Shown: positions 9,778-20,422, numbered from the stretch's first letter. The stretch is 64,000 nucleotides of DNA from an uncultured delta proteobacterium (GCA_963806225.1 CAWDXG010000001.1:96001-160000), one strand, 5' to 3'. Numbers and translations are program-made. The notes: generated from the sequence alone by a model not told the origin.

Positions 9778-9855
9778 GACAGCGTCCAATGATAGCCCAA
9801 CCGCACCAGTTCGTCGTGGACCTCGTCCACCGCGGGTCCGCGTTATGCTGGGGGC

Positions 9856-10731
9856 ATGGCGGTCATCGACGCGCACGCACACTTCGAGCCTCGCATGCTG
9901 GAGCCCGACCAGCTGATACGGAAGATGGACGCCGCCGGGGTCGATCGGGTGGCGCTGATCCCGACGATGAACGATCCGCTACCAGAAACCCCAGAAACCC
10001 TGCTGGCGGTTGTTCGCGCGCTGATGAATTCGCCCTGCCATCCCGTGGCGCGCAAGCTCAACGACGCCTTCTACACCAAGGAGGGGCATTTGAAGCTCAA
10101 GGGCAAGGTCTACGAGATCTACCCGCGCCCCGACAACAGAGCGGTGGCCGGGATGCTGACCGCCCATCCCGAACGCTTCCTCGGCTGGATCTTTCTCAAC
10201 CCGAGGTTGCCCGACGACCAGCTCGAAGAGCTGGAGCGCTGGCGCCAGGTGCCCGGCTTCGTCGGTGTCAAGCTGCATCCGCACTGGCACCGCTACCACC
10301 TGGGCGAGGCGTTACCCATCGCCCGGCGCTGCGAGGAGCTCGAGCTGCCGATCCTCGTTCATCTCGGCTTCGCCGAGCACGGCACCTGGCCGCTGCTCAC
10401 GGAGCGATGCCCGCGCCTCAAGCTGATCTTCGCCCACGCGGGCATGCCGCACTTCTCCCGCATGTGGAAACAGGTGGCGGCCAACGAGAAGCTGCACATC
10501 GATGTGTCGAGCCCCTATCTGTCCGAGCGGCTTGTGCGCAAGGCAGTGGCCGCGGTCGGCCCCCAGCGCGTGCTGTATGGCACCGACGCGCCGTATGGCT
10601 TCCACGCGGCCGACAGCAGCTACGACTACACCGCGATCAAGGGCTGGGTGGAGCGGCTGCCCTGCCGGGCCGGCGCCATCGACGGCATATTCGGTGACAA
10701 CGTGCTGCGCCTGCTCGCCGAGCAGCGCTGA
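9856..10731 (+). CDS. Amidohydrolase family protein (Amidohydro_2)
   Basis: [34 protein letters not shown]. Confidence 0.9.
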   Translation: MAVIDAHAHFEPRMLEPDQLIRKMDAAGVDRVALIPTMNDPLPETPETLLAVVRALMNSPCHPVARKLNDAFYTKEGHLKLKGKVYEIYPRPDNRAVAGMLTAHPERFLGWIFLNPRLPDDQLEELERWRQVPGFVGVKLHPHWHRYHLGEALPIARRCEELELPILVHLGFAEHGTWPLLTERCPRLKLIFAHAGMPHFSRMWKQVAANEKLHIDVSSPYLSERLVRKAVAAVGPQRVLYGTDAPYGFHAADSSYDYTAIKGWVERLPCRAGAIDGIFGDNVLRLLAEQR

Positions 10732-10765
10732 GCATGGTGAGATACGCCGGCGTGCGAGTTCTGCG

Positions 10766-11563
10766 CTAGGCCAGCCGACGCAGGAACGGCAGGACTACCT
10801 CTGCCAGGCGCTCGGGTTGTTCAAACGGAAGGCCGTGACCGGCGCCAGCGACCTGTTCGATTCGCACGCCCGGGTTCAGGCTGCGCAGTTCCGTTGCCAT
10901 CTCGAGCGTGACGACGGGGCTGCTGTCGCCCATGACGAGTAGGCTCGGGACGTCAATCGCGCGCACCACGTCGCGATACCTGGGGTTGGGTGGCGTGAGC
11001 ACGTCGAAGGCGCTCATGCGGGTGTTCAGCTTGGCGTCGGCGAGGAGCTCGACGAGCTCGGGCGAGCGACGCGGGTGCCGGGCTCGGGCCTGCGCGACGA
11101 GCTCGGACTTGTCTAGACCGAGCGCCCGGCGGTGTTGGTCGGCGACGTCGCTGTCGCGCACCTCGCGTTGGCGCTCGGGGCTCAAGAACGTCGGGTCGAC
11201 CAGGACGAGGCCGCGGAGGATCGCCGCACCTCGACCCGCCACCACCGCGGCGGTCATGCCACCCATCGAGTGGCCAAGCAGAACCGGACGAGAGAGCTCC
11301 AGCGCGCGGAAGAGGCCCACGATGTCGCTCGCGTGATCGTCGTACCGGTAGCCGTGGTGCGGCGCGCTTGAACCGCCGTGTCCTCTTGCGTCGGGCATGA
11401 CGATGTCGAATTCACCCTCGAGCGCGCGCGCCAGGGGAGTCCAGCAGGCCCCGCTCCCAGTCAATCCATGCAGCAGAACCACGGGAGGTCTGGCGCTGCC
11501 GGTTCGGAGGTAGTGGAGGCTGATGCCGTTCGTTTCGCAGACTCCACAGATCCAGGTCGTCAT
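10766..11563 (-). CDS. Alpha/beta fold hydrolase
   Basis: LLHGLTG, DARGHGGS, GHSMGG nucleophile motif, GAGHG. Confidence 0.9.
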   Translation of the reverse strand: MTTWICGVCETNGISLHYLRTGSARPPVVLLHGLTGSGACWTPLARALEGEFDIVMPDARGHGGSSAPHHGYRYDDHASDIVGLFRALELSRPVLLGHSMGGMTAAVVAGRGAAILRGLVLVDPTFLSPERQREVRDSDVADQHRRALGLDKSELVAQARARHPRRSPELVELLADAKLNTRMSAFDVLTPPNPRYRDVVRAIDVPSLLVMGDSSPVVTLEMATELRSLNPGVRIEQVAGAGHGLPFEQPERLAEVVLPFLRRLA

Positions 11564-11764
11564 CGAACCGTCCGGGCAGAGGATACGACGGACGAGCCCA
11601 TTTCGGACGCCGAACAGCCCGAAGAACTCGAGTCAGGCTCGCTGCGAACGCTAGACCCAGCTTGATCGTGACCGGATCGGGCCCGCAGTATTGCCGCTTC
11701 CGGCCAAGGCGCCGCAACGGCCCTCGGCCGCGGATGTCGTGCGTCGTCGGGTCCTCCGACAGAC

Positions 11765-12088
11765 TCACTCGTCGAGCAGCTCCTTCGCGCGCGCCGCCGC
11801 CGACACCGCGCTCGGCCAACCGACGTAGAACGCCAGATGCGTGATCATCTCGACCAGCTCTTCCCGCGTGACGCCGTTCTCGATCGCCTTGGGGAAATGG
11901 ATACCCAGCTGCTCGGTCTTGCTGGTCGCGACGAGCGCCGCGCACGTGATCAGGCTGCGGTCGCGCTTCGAGAGCTCCGGTCGCTCCCAGACGTCCCCGT
12001 AGATGACCTCCTCGGCAAGGTCGACCAGCTTCGGCGCGAACTCCCCGAGGGACTTCTTGATCGTGGTGCGTGGCTTGTCCTGGCTCAT
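11765..12088 (-). CDS. Carboxymuconolactone decarboxylase family protein
   Basis: YGDVWERPELSKRDRSLITCAAL…ENGVTREELVEMITHLAFYVGWP. Confidence 0.92.
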   Translation of the reverse strand: MSQDKPRTTIKKSLGEFAPKLVDLAEEVIYGDVWERPELSKRDRSLITCAALVATSKTEQLGIHFPKAIENGVTREELVEMITHLAFYVGWPSAVSAAARAKELLDE

Positions 12089-14016
12089 GTCTCTTCACTT
12101 CGCTTTCGGGGTTCGATAGTGCCGAGCAGCCGTTCCACGAGCTGATCCATGCGAAACGGCTTCTGCAAGAACGCGCACCGGCCCTCGGCCAGGTGGCGCG
12201 CCGCGTTTTCCTCGCTGTAGCCGCTCGTCAATACCACGCGGACATCGGGCTGGATGCGGCGCAACACCGCGAGCACTTCCGGACCGTTGAGGTCGGGCAT
12301 GGTCATGTCGAGGAGCACGGCGTCGATCTCGTCGACGTGCTTCTCGAACATCTCGATGCCGCGCCGCCCGCCTTCCGCCACCAGAACGGTGAACCCGGAT
12401 TCGGAAAGCAGGCTTGCGCACATCGCGCGGACGCTATTCTCGTCGTCGATCACGAGCACCGTATGCCCCGCGCGCGGCAGTTCCGGCGATGATGGCGGCG
12501 GGCCGGCGACGGCGCGCTCCGACGCCGGAAGATACACCGCAAAGCTCGAGCCGCGGCCCAGCCGCGTCTTGACGTGGATCGCTCCGCCGTGGCCGTGCAC
12601 GATGCCGAGCGTGGCGGCGAGTCCCAGGCCGCGCCCCGCCGTCTTGGTGCTGAAGAAGGGGTCGAAGATGCGCGTGCGTGTGTGCTCGTCCATCCCGACC
12701 CCGTTGTCCGTCACCTCGAGGCAGACGTGTTTTCCCGGCGAGGCCCTGTCGGTGCCCCCGGCCGGTACGGCGTCGCAGACGCCGATCCGCACGTCGACGC
12801 GCCCCTCGCGCCCGGGTATCGCGTCGGCAGCGTTGGTGATCAGGTTCATGACCACCTGTTGCAGCTGGGCACGGTCCCCGTCGATGGGCGGGAGCTCCGG
12901 CCCGAATTCGTAGAGAAGGTCCACCCTACGCGGGATCGCCGAGCGCAGGAGATGGGTCATCTGCTCGACTAGCTGCGACAGGTCGACGGACTCGACCAGG
13001 CGCTGGGCCTTGCCCGCATAGGCGAGCATCTGCCGGGTGAGATCCGCCGCGCGCTCGGTCGCGGCAAGGATGCTCTGCAGGTCTTCTCTCGCCGGCGCGC
13101 CCTCGTCCGCCTGCCCCAACGCGAGACTGGCGTTGCCCATGATCACAGCCAATAGGTTGTTGAAGTCGTGCGCGATTCCGCCGGCCAGCACGCCCAGGCT
13201 CTCCAGCTTCTGCGCGTGCTGCATCTGCGCTTCCAGACGCTTGCGCTCGGTGATGTCGAGGAACGTGACCACGGCGCCGTGGCCACCGGATGGCTCTTCG
13301 AGAGGCAGCGCCGTGAAGACGGCCCAGTAGCTCGACCCGGCGGGATGCCGCACGCCGATCGTGCGGGGCCCCGCGGGCTGCCCCGTGGCAAGACAGACGC
13401 TGACCGGGTACTCCTCCACCGGACACGGCGTCCCGTCCTCACGCAGCGTCTCCGGCGCGAAGTCTGCAACGTAGCGACGGGTCAGATCGTCGAAGGAGAG
13501 CCCCAGCAGGCGCAGGCCCTCGGTGTTGCCGTGGAGCACCGAGCCGTCGGCGGAGACGACGACGACTCCGCCTGGTACCGCTTCGATGATGCGGCGGTTG
13601 AGCTGTTCGCTCGCGGCGAGCTCCCGCTCGGCCCGCTTGCGCTCCGTTATGTCGACGATCGTCCCGTGGAGCCTGCCGTCCGAGATCCAGGCGGACAGCA
13701 TCACATCGCGCTCTTCGCCGTGCCGCGTGACGATCGTGATCTCGTGGTGCCGCAGCACCTCGCCGCGGGTCACGTGCTCGAAGATGCGCCGGCGGTCCTC
13801 GGGGTTCTTGTAGAAGACGAGCGAGCTTGCCTCCTCCACCTCCTCGGGCGAATTGAACCCGGCGATCTGCGCCGCTTCCTCGTTGATGTAGTGGATGTGC
13901 CCTTCCAGATCGGTCTCGAAGATACCGACGGGCACGGTCAGTAGCAGGCGGCGCGCGTCCTCCTCGGTGAGATCGAGCCGTTCTTCGCCGGTCAGCCCCT
14001 TCAGCAGCACCTTCAT
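12085..14016 (-). CDS. PAS-PAS hybrid sensor histidine kinase/response regulator
   Basis: Two PAS domains (DITERK), H-box AGGIAHDFNNLL, N/G/F boxes, receiver VLVIDDE…LLDMTMP…FLQKPF. Confidence 0.95.
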   Translation of the reverse strand: MKVLLKGLTGEERLDLTEEDARRLLLTVPVGIFETDLEGHIHYINEEAAQIAGFNSPEEVEEASSLVFYKNPEDRRRIFEHVTRGEVLRHHEITIVTRHGEERDVMLSAWISDGRLHGTIVDITERKRAERELAASEQLNRRIIEAVPGGVVVVSADGSVLHGNTEGLRLLGLSFDDLTRRYVADFAPETLREDGTPCPVEEYPVSVCLATGQPAGPRTIGVRHPAGSSYWAVFTALPLEEPSGGHGAVVTFLDITERKRLEAQMQHAQKLESLGVLAGGIAHDFNNLLAVIMGNASLALGQADEGAPAREDLQSILAATERAADLTRQMLAYAGKAQRLVESVDLSQLVEQMTHLLRSAIPRRVDLLYEFGPELPPIDGDRAQLQQVVMNLITNAADAIPGREGRVDVRIGVCDAVPAGGTDRASPGKHVCLEVTDNGVGMDEHTRTRIFDPFFSTKTAGRGLGLAATLGIVHGHGGAIHVKTRLGRGSSFAVYLPASERAVAGPPPSSPELPRAGHTVLVIDDENSVRAMCASLLSESGFTVLVAEGGRRGIEMFEKHVDEIDAVLLDMTMPDLNGPEVLAVLRRIQPDVRVVLTSGYSEENAARHLAEGRCAFLQKPFRMDQLVERLLGTIEPRKRSEET

Positions 14017-14176
14017 CGGCTTCGCACGCTCCCCGTCGCCAGGCGACGCCTCACCCCACTACCGCGCAACAGAGCATAGCGCCGCACCGGCCGATTCGCA
14101 GGCAACTCGCGGAAAGGGCGGCAATGACGCCCTCCGTGGCGGGCGCACGCTGTAGCCGCCGTATGAGGACCTCGGC

Positions 14177-14977
14177 TCAGTGGTTCGCGACGCTCGCGTC
14201 GAAGCGATTGCCGCCGAACTGGGTCACGGGCTCGTAGAGGGGCGGGGCGATGTCGTAGACGCCGGGTTGGTTGTCGCCGCCGGATACGTCGGTCCAGCGG
14301 AAGGCGTGGTCCATGTTGACCACGATGCGCAGGCTGGCCGCCTCGGGGCCGATCTGCACGTCGACGGGGAAGTAGACGCTCCAGAGACCGTTTTCGACCA
14401 CGGCTTCGGCGCCGTCCGTCGTGGAATAGTCGGGAACCCGCGCGTCGCCGTCGAAGCGCTGCGTCTGTCCGCCTCCCTCGAAGTCCTGTTCGTAGTACCC
14501 GGCGTCGTGCTGCGTGCCGTCGAGCGTCGTGCCGTCACTGGTGACCATGAGGGCGTGCAGCGTACCCGGCGTGGCGGTCGAGCCGACGTGGAGCGCGACC
14601 TGGATGTCGAAGCGCGACCAGTCCTGGACGAGGCGCGCCTTGACGTAGTGGCCGGGCACGATGTCCGCGCTGTCCAGATGCGCGAGCGGCGTGGAGTCGC
14701 CGTCGTTGTAGCCGACGGTCGTATCCTTCGAGCCGGCGTCGAAGACGGTCCACTCCGTGCCGTCGGAAGTGAGCAGAGTCAGGCTCCGGATGCCGGCCGT
14801 CACGTGCGTCGCGGTCTGTCCCGCCGCTCCGTCGCTGAACTGGAACGGCGCGGTGGACGCTGCGACGGTCACCGAAAGGCCGGACGCTGAGCCGCCGGGG
14901 TCGGTCGAGTCCGTGCTGCCGCAACCAGCGGCCGCGAGGAGCACTGCGCAGGCGAGAAGCGAGTTCCTGGGTGTCAT
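14177..14977 (-). CDS. Hypothetical lipoprotein
   Basis: Signal peptide with LAAAGC lipobox; beta-rich mature region; GC3-rich codon usage. Confidence 0.75.
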   Translation of the reverse strand: MTPRNSLLACAVLLAAAGCGSTDSTDPGGSASGLSVTVAASTAPFQFSDGAAGQTATHVTAGIRSLTLLTSDGTEWTVFDAGSKDTTVGYNDGDSTPLAHLDSADIVPGHYVKARLVQDWSRFDIQVALHVGSTATPGTLHALMVTSDGTTLDGTQHDAGYYEQDFEGGGQTQRFDGDARVPDYSTTDGAEAVVENGLWSVYFPVDVQIGPEAASLRIVVNMDHAFRWTDVSGGDNQPGVYDIAPPLYEPVTQFGGNRFDASVANH

Positions 14978-15187
14978 GTCCGGCGCCCGGTAGCACGGGT
15001 CGTGCCAGGCCGGAAAAGCAGAGCGGCGTTGGGCGGTGCTCCCTTGGTGTCAACGCGCGGCGACACCCGCCGCGCTCCGGCAGTTGACGGCCGCTCGTCG
15101 CGCGACGTGGACCGCGGGCGCTGTGTCCGGCTCCAGAAGCACGCTAGCGCCCGGGCACGCCGCAGGCGGTCGCAAGCGCGACGGACC

Positions 15188-16861
15188 TCAGAGACCGGCG
15201 CTGGCGCACATGACTTCGACTTTCTCCTGGGCGCTGCTGTGGAGCTTCGGTCCCTTGCCGGGAGAGGAGAGGCTCGCGAGCAGCACGCCGGTCGCGCACT
15301 CGAAGCCGTTCTTGTATTCCGAGCAGTAGCCCACCTCGCCGGGTATGGGCGATTTCCCCTCGTTGATCAGGTCCTTGCTGCAGTTGGTGATGTCGACCGA
15401 CAGCTTCGCCGCCGCGCCGATGTTGCAGAAGTTGGTGCAGGCGATGTTCTTCAGCTCGTCCTTGAGCTGCTTGATGAGCTCAGGCGTGATGCCGCCGTAC
15501 TGGAGGAGTTGACCCGAAAGACCCCACTCGTACGAGATGACGCCCACCATGAAGCCCAGGCAGTAGCCGAGCTTCGGGTTCTGCGCGACGTTCTCGTTGA
15601 TGGCTGGCACCTCGACCATGCCCTGGTGCTCGCCTCCTTGCATCACGCCGACCGTGCCTCCGGTCTTCGGATCGATGTCCCAGAATCCCCAGCGCGACTC
15701 GCCCGCGAGGGCGACTGCGGACTTCGGCAGCACGACGACGTGGCCCCGGTCCAGCGTGGCCTTCACAAGCGCCGCGAACGGTGCGGGCAGATCGAGCGAT
15801 TCGAGCGCTTTCCGGTTTCCGGGCGTGACCGGGACGACGCCGATACCGTTCCTGTCGGCTTCCTTCATGAGCAGGGCCGTGCTCACCGCTTGATCCTCGC
15901 CGCCGAACGTCTTCATGATCGTGCCTTCGAGTTCCGACTCCATCAGGCCGCGAGCCCGCTGGAAGAGCTTCGCCGCGCCGGCCTTCTGCGAGGATGCCAC
16001 CACCTCGTCGAGCCCGAGATCCAGGCTCAGCGTAGGGTTGTCGCCCGCGTCGCGGGCCTGGATCGTCGTGATCAGGACCCGCGGCACTTCGCGACGAACG
16101 GTCACGTCCAGCGTGCGGGCGAGCGTGTCGGTCATCTCGTCGGACTCGGCGGCATGCTCGAGCGCGATCGCGTTTCCGAGCGCGCCGGACACGTCCATGT
16201 CGTCGGCACGCGCAAGCAGAGCAGGCTGTTTGGAGAGCTCCGTCCTGCGCGCTTCCGCCTCGAGGGCCTCGGCCCTGGCCTTGCGCTGCTCGGCGGTCGA
16301 GCCGCCGAGGTGCCTGTGCACGAGCTCCTTGACCCGCTCGCGCGTGATCGCGCTCGACAGGGCGACAATCGTGTACCGGCTGAACGAGGGCGGCTCGCTG
16401 TCGCCCTCGTTCTCGAACAGCACGCGCTCGATGTGCCGCGAAGGGGCGCCGGGCGCGCGCAGCTCGAGGTCCAGCCACTCGCGCTTGATGCATTTGTCGG
16501 GCTTCGAGCAGTCGAGATCGAACGCCGGCAGCTCGACCTTGCTCTTTCCGACCTCGAAGCGCGTCTCGAAGCGCGCCAGCGCGTCCGGGGCTCTTTCGCC
16601 CGCCTTCTGCACCTTGCGGATCAAGAGCGACACGGGCATGTCGCGAAAATCGGCGAGCGGACGCTCCAGCTTTCCGATCTCGCCACTCTTGCCGTCTGCC
16701 GTCGCGCGCAGCACATGCACGACCAGGCGCTTGTAGTGGGGGCTGTTCGGGGTGGAAGCCGCTCTGCCGCGGCCCGCGCTAGTCGCCGGCGGCGCGACAA
16801 CTCGATTGCCCCCGCACGCTGCGAACAGGACGACCGCGAGCAGGGCGAGCATTCTTTTCAT
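15188..16861 (-). CDS. Hypothetical lipoprotein with Cys-rich C-terminus
   Basis: MKRMLALLAVVLFAAC lipobox; WGFWDIDPKTGGTVG motif; several Cys in the C-terminal ~120 aa. Confidence 0.75.
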   Translation of the reverse strand: MKRMLALLAVVLFAACGGNRVVAPPATSAGRGRAASTPNSPHYKRLVVHVLRATADGKSGEIGKLERPLADFRDMPVSLLIRKVQKAGERAPDALARFETRFEVGKSKVELPAFDLDCSKPDKCIKREWLDLELRAPGAPSRHIERVLFENEGDSEPPSFSRYTIVALSSAITRERVKELVHRHLGGSTAEQRKARAEALEAEARRTELSKQPALLARADDMDVSGALGNAIALEHAAESDEMTDTLARTLDVTVRREVPRVLITTIQARDAGDNPTLSLDLGLDEVVASSQKAGAAKLFQRARGLMESELEGTIMKTFGGEDQAVSTALLMKEADRNGIGVVPVTPGNRKALESLDLPAPFAALVKATLDRGHVVVLPKSAVALAGESRWGFWDIDPKTGGTVGVMQGGEHQGMVEVPAINENVAQNPKLGYCLGFMVGVISYEWGLSGQLLQYGGITPELIKQLKDELKNIACTNFCNIGAAAKLSVDITNCSKDLINEGKSPIPGEVGYCSEYKNGFECATGVLLASLSSPGKGPKLHSSAQEKVEVMCASAGL

Positions 16862-16994
16862 TCGGCAGGCCTCCGGGCAAGCGCGGCCGGATACGTCGAT
16901 CCGGCGGGCGTCGCTAGCATAATCGAATTGACTCCATGATGGCTGTTCCTTCTTTCTCTGTTCGCCGCATGGGCTCTAGACTAGTGATCCAGGC

Positions 16995-18158
16995 GTGAGC
17001 CATTCGACCAGGAAACGGATCGGTATTGCGTTCTTCTCGTTCGCGATCCTTGGACTCGTCGTTGCGTGCGGAGGCGCTCCGGGCGCCGGAGCGAAAGCGC
17101 CGGGTGCGTCGGGTGCGTCGGGCGCGCCGGGCGACAAGAAAGGCGGTCCGCCGCTCTCCGCGGCCTTCGACAACCCCGGCGGGTCGGCGGGTGCCGGCGC
17201 GACGGGCGCCACCGGGTCGGGCGCCGCCGGGTCGCCCGTTGCTGCGTTGGGCAAGCCGTGCCCAGCGGACAAGACGCAGAAGGATCTGGACTCGCCGCTC
17301 GGCAGCCCCAACCCGATACCGTTCGCGCTCAAGGGAAAGCTCGTCTACCTGCCGGAAGACGCTGCGAAATTGCCCGACTTCTCCAAGCTGCCGTCGAAGG
17401 GGACGCTGTACGCGACGAAGCTCGACGTTCCCGAGCGAGACTTCAAGAAGGGCTTTCCCGGTGTGAGCAATCGCTTCGAGTGGTTCGCGCTCGACTACAA
17501 GGGCTCGTTCTCGGCACCCGTTGCCGGAGACTATGGGTTTTCCCTTGAATCGGATGACGGCAGCAAGCTGCTCATCGACGGCAAGCTCGTCATCGACAAC
17601 GACGGGCAACACTCGACGGAGGAAGCGGAGGGCAAGGCCACGCTCGCGGCCGGGCCGCATGCGATCGAAGTGCAGTACTTCCAGGGTCCGCGCTACGGCA
17701 TTGCGCTCATGCTCCAATGGAAGCCGCCCGGGCAGAAGGACTTCATCGTTTTCCAGGCGGGAAAGGCCGCGCCAGCCGAGATCAAGGAGCGCGGGGGTGC
17801 CGTGCGTATCACGCTCAGCAGCGACGTGCTGTTCGATACCGCCAAGTACGACCTCAAGCCTCCGGCGCTCGCGGCGCTGGAGGCCGCGAAGGAGACGGCG
17901 ATCGATCCACGGCCCACCTCGCACATCACTGTCGAAGGTCACACCGACGACCGGGGCAGTGACGCATACAACCAGAAACTCTCCGAACAGCGCGCGCACT
18001 CGGTGGCGGCATGGCTCACCGCGCACGGCGTTGCGGCCGCGCGCATCACCACCCGAGGCTACGGAGAGAAGGCGCCGCGCGTCCCGAACACCTCGGAGGG
18101 GAACCGCCACAAGAACCGCCGCGTCGAGATGGTGGTCGTGGGGTGTCCGGGGAAGTAG
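16995..18158 (+). CDS. PA14-domain + OmpA-like peptidoglycan-binding lipoprotein
   Basis: LVVAC lipobox; PA14 motif FSLESDDGSKLLIDGKLVIDNDGQH…EVQYFQG; OmpA motif VEGHTDDRGSDAYNQKLSEQRA…NRRVE. Confidence 0.9.
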   Translation: MSHSTRKRIGIAFFSFAILGLVVACGGAPGAGAKAPGASGASGAPGDKKGGPPLSAAFDNPGGSAGAGATGATGSGAAGSPVAALGKPCPADKTQKDLDSPLGSPNPIPFALKGKLVYLPEDAAKLPDFSKLPSKGTLYATKLDVPERDFKKGFPGVSNRFEWFALDYKGSFSAPVAGDYGFSLESDDGSKLLIDGKLVIDNDGQHSTEEAEGKATLAAGPHAIEVQYFQGPRYGIALMLQWKPPGQKDFIVFQAGKAAPAEIKERGGAVRITLSSDVLFDTAKYDLKPPALAALEAAKETAIDPRPTSHITVEGHTDDRGSDAYNQKLSEQRAHSVAAWLTAHGVAAARITTRGYGEKAPRVPNTSEGNRHKNRRVEMVVVGCPGK

Positions 18159-18852
18159 GTACGCCCTTTTTCGCCCGCGTGGCTGGCAGCTCTGGCTCGG
18201 AATCATGTTCGGACTCTGCGCCATGCCACTCGCGGAAGGACTGTCTGGGCGCCACACCGAACGCAAGGAAGAAGGCGACGATAAACAACGTCAGGTCGAG
18301 CCGCGCCAGTAGCCGGGGGGTCGGCGAAAATCGCCGATGTAACCCCACTTGATGTAGGTGGGATTGCGTCCCAGTTGGTCCGCCCGGGTCATGCGCTTCT
18401 CGTGACCGGCCAAGCCAGTGCCGAAGCCGGCAACGGTCCGATGCGCTATCTCTGGATCTACAACGCCGTAGACATCGACCACGCGCACACGAGGTCCACG
18501 GCTATGTGACTACCGTCGACAACAACGCGAAGTACATGCGGTCCCGATGCGGCAACGACTTCCCGCGCTATCTGCGAGTCGAAGGCTTGTGGGTCCGGGA
18601 CGACCTCGACCACGGTCACGTGCTCGACGGCCGCCGGCAGGCGCTGACCCGTTTCATGCGGGCGGTGTGACAATTCCTGCCGGGCCGAGACAGGCGGCGC
18701 TTCCGACCTCGGGGAACCGGTCGTCGGGAATGTCCTGTGAATCCAGGGTGTTAGGTGGGCGCCTGCCAGGATCCCAGCAGGCAGTGGCGGCCCGGGGGGA
18801 TGGCGCGGCGGTATTGCCCGGGCGGGACCCTCGTGGTAATCGCTCGCCTCCC

Positions 18853-19020
18853 ATGCGCGACAACATCCGTCTGGTTTCGACTGCCGGTACCGGCTTCATC
18901 TACTACACGACCAAGAACAAGCGGACGATGACTTCGAAGCTCGAGCTGAAGAAGTACAATCCGAAGGTGCGCAAGCACGTCGTGTTCAAGGAAGCGAAGA
19001 TGCCGCCTCACAGCAAGTGA
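18853..19020 (+). CDS. rpmG: 50S ribosomal protein L33 (Cys-free form)
   Basis: [49 protein letters not shown]. Confidence 0.97.
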   Translation: MRDNIRLVSTAGTGFIYYTTKNKRTMTSKLELKKYNPKVRKHVVFKEAKMPPHSK

Positions 19021-19042
19021 GCGGCACCTCCTTCACACTGTA

Positions 19043-19080
19043 GGGGCGGCGTCCCGCGCCGCGGCTGTTCGCGCCGCCCC
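19043..19080. terminator. GC-rich stem-loop between convergent genes
   Basis: GGGGCGGCG (19043-19051) / CGCCGCCCC (19072-19080) inverted repeat; no clear U-tract. Confidence 0.4.
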
Positions 19081-19089
19081 CCTCCGAGC

Positions 19090-19551
19090 TCAATGCGCCG
19101 ACAGGTGCATGCAGTCGCTCGTGACCTTTATCTCGCTCATGCCGGGCTTCGCCGTCACGCTGGCGACGCCGTTCTGCGAGTCGTCGACGATCCAGAACAT
19201 GTCGCCGCTCCCGAACTGGTGGCTCGACACGGAGTTCGACTCGACGCTGGAGTAGGTGCCGCTGCCGAACTTGGGCTTTTCGCCGTAGAAGACCTTCACC
19301 GTCTTCGGGCAGTCGCTACGGATGTCGACCGACACCGTGGACGGAGCGGCAGGCGCGGCCGGGCCCTGGGACGCGTTGGAGGCCGACGGCCCCATCGGAT
19401 CGCCGGGCGAAGAGGGCGGGGGAGAGCCGCCCGTGCCGGGTCCGGTCCCTCCGGACGGCTGCGTGTTCCCGCCCTGCTGGGCGGGCATCGGCATCATGCA
19501 GGCGCCGAGGCCGGCCAGGAATGGAACCAGAATCGCGAGGCGGATGTTCAT
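19090..19551 (-). CDS. Hypothetical lipoprotein
   Basis: MNIRLAILVPFLAGLGAC lipobox, Pro/Gly linker, small beta domain with a Cys pair. Confidence 0.75.
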   Translation of the reverse strand: MNIRLAILVPFLAGLGACMMPMPAQQGGNTQPSGGTGPGTGGSPPPSSPGDPMGPSASNASQGPAAPAAPSTVSVDIRSDCPKTVKVFYGEKPKFGSGTYSSVESNSVSSHQFGSGDMFWIVDDSQNGVASVTAKPGMSEIKVTSDCMHLSAH

Positions 19552-19662
19552 CGGTGACTCCTTCCGGGCGGTGTTACGCCCCCAGCGGCGCGGAGCTTCC
19601 CCTCGCTCAGGGCGCGGCGTCAACTGGCGCCCGCCGCCCGGGGGGGCCCATACTGGTCGCAG

Positions 19663-20422
19663 ATGCAGCAGCGTGGCGGTGTTCAACAGGATGCGGCGCT
19701 TGCGCCGGCGGTGCCCGCGCTTGCCGAACCGGTTGCGGAGGCGGGGATACTCGCGGCGGGAACGCGCTGGGCGACGCCCTACTACGTCGTCGACAGCCTC
19801 GCCGAGGGGCCGACGGTGCTGCTCGTCGCGGGCGTGCACGGTAACGAGCTGGCGGGTCCGCTGGCTGCCGAGCGGATGCGCGGCTGGTTGTTGGTTCGCG
19901 GACGCCTCGTTCTGGTGCCGCGCGCGAACCAGCCCGCGCTGGCACGGCACACGCGGCGCGCGCCCGGCACACCCTTTGGCGACTTGAACCGCAACTTCCC
20001 GCGGACGGAAGCGGATGCGCCGCGCGGCACGATGGCGCAGCGCGCTATGGCGCACTCTGGCGGCGGTGCAGCCGGACTGGGTCCTCGACCTGCACGAGGG
20101 TTTCGACTTCAACCGCGAGAACGACAAGAGCGTCGGAAGCTCGGTGCTGTGCATCCCGAGAGGCGAGAGCCAGCGCCAGGGGGAGCGGCTGGTGCGCGCC
20201 GTCAACGCCACCGTGACCGCGCCGGAGCGGCAGTTCACGCTGCTCAGGTGGCCGGCGCGCGGTAGCCTGTCACGCGCGGCCTGGGAACAGCTCGGTATCC
20301 CCGGGCTGCTCCTCGAGACGACGCGCCGCAGGCAGGCGCTCGAGCTCCGCGTCGCTCAGCACCAGCTGATGGTCGCCGAGTTGCTCGCGGACCTGTCGAT
20401 GCTTGCCGGCGTGCCAGGCTAG
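19663..20422 (+). CDS. M14 succinylglutamate desuccinylase/aspartoacylase family protein (frameshift near 20040)
   Basis: AGVHGNELAG and DLNRNFP in one frame; WVLDLHEG and LLLET in the next frame. Confidence 0.8.

Noticed and set aside
20270..20418. OmpA protein C-terminal extension overlapping the M14 gene by about 150 bp
   Set aside because: Likely read-through caused by an indel just before the out-of-frame TAG at 20419-20421.
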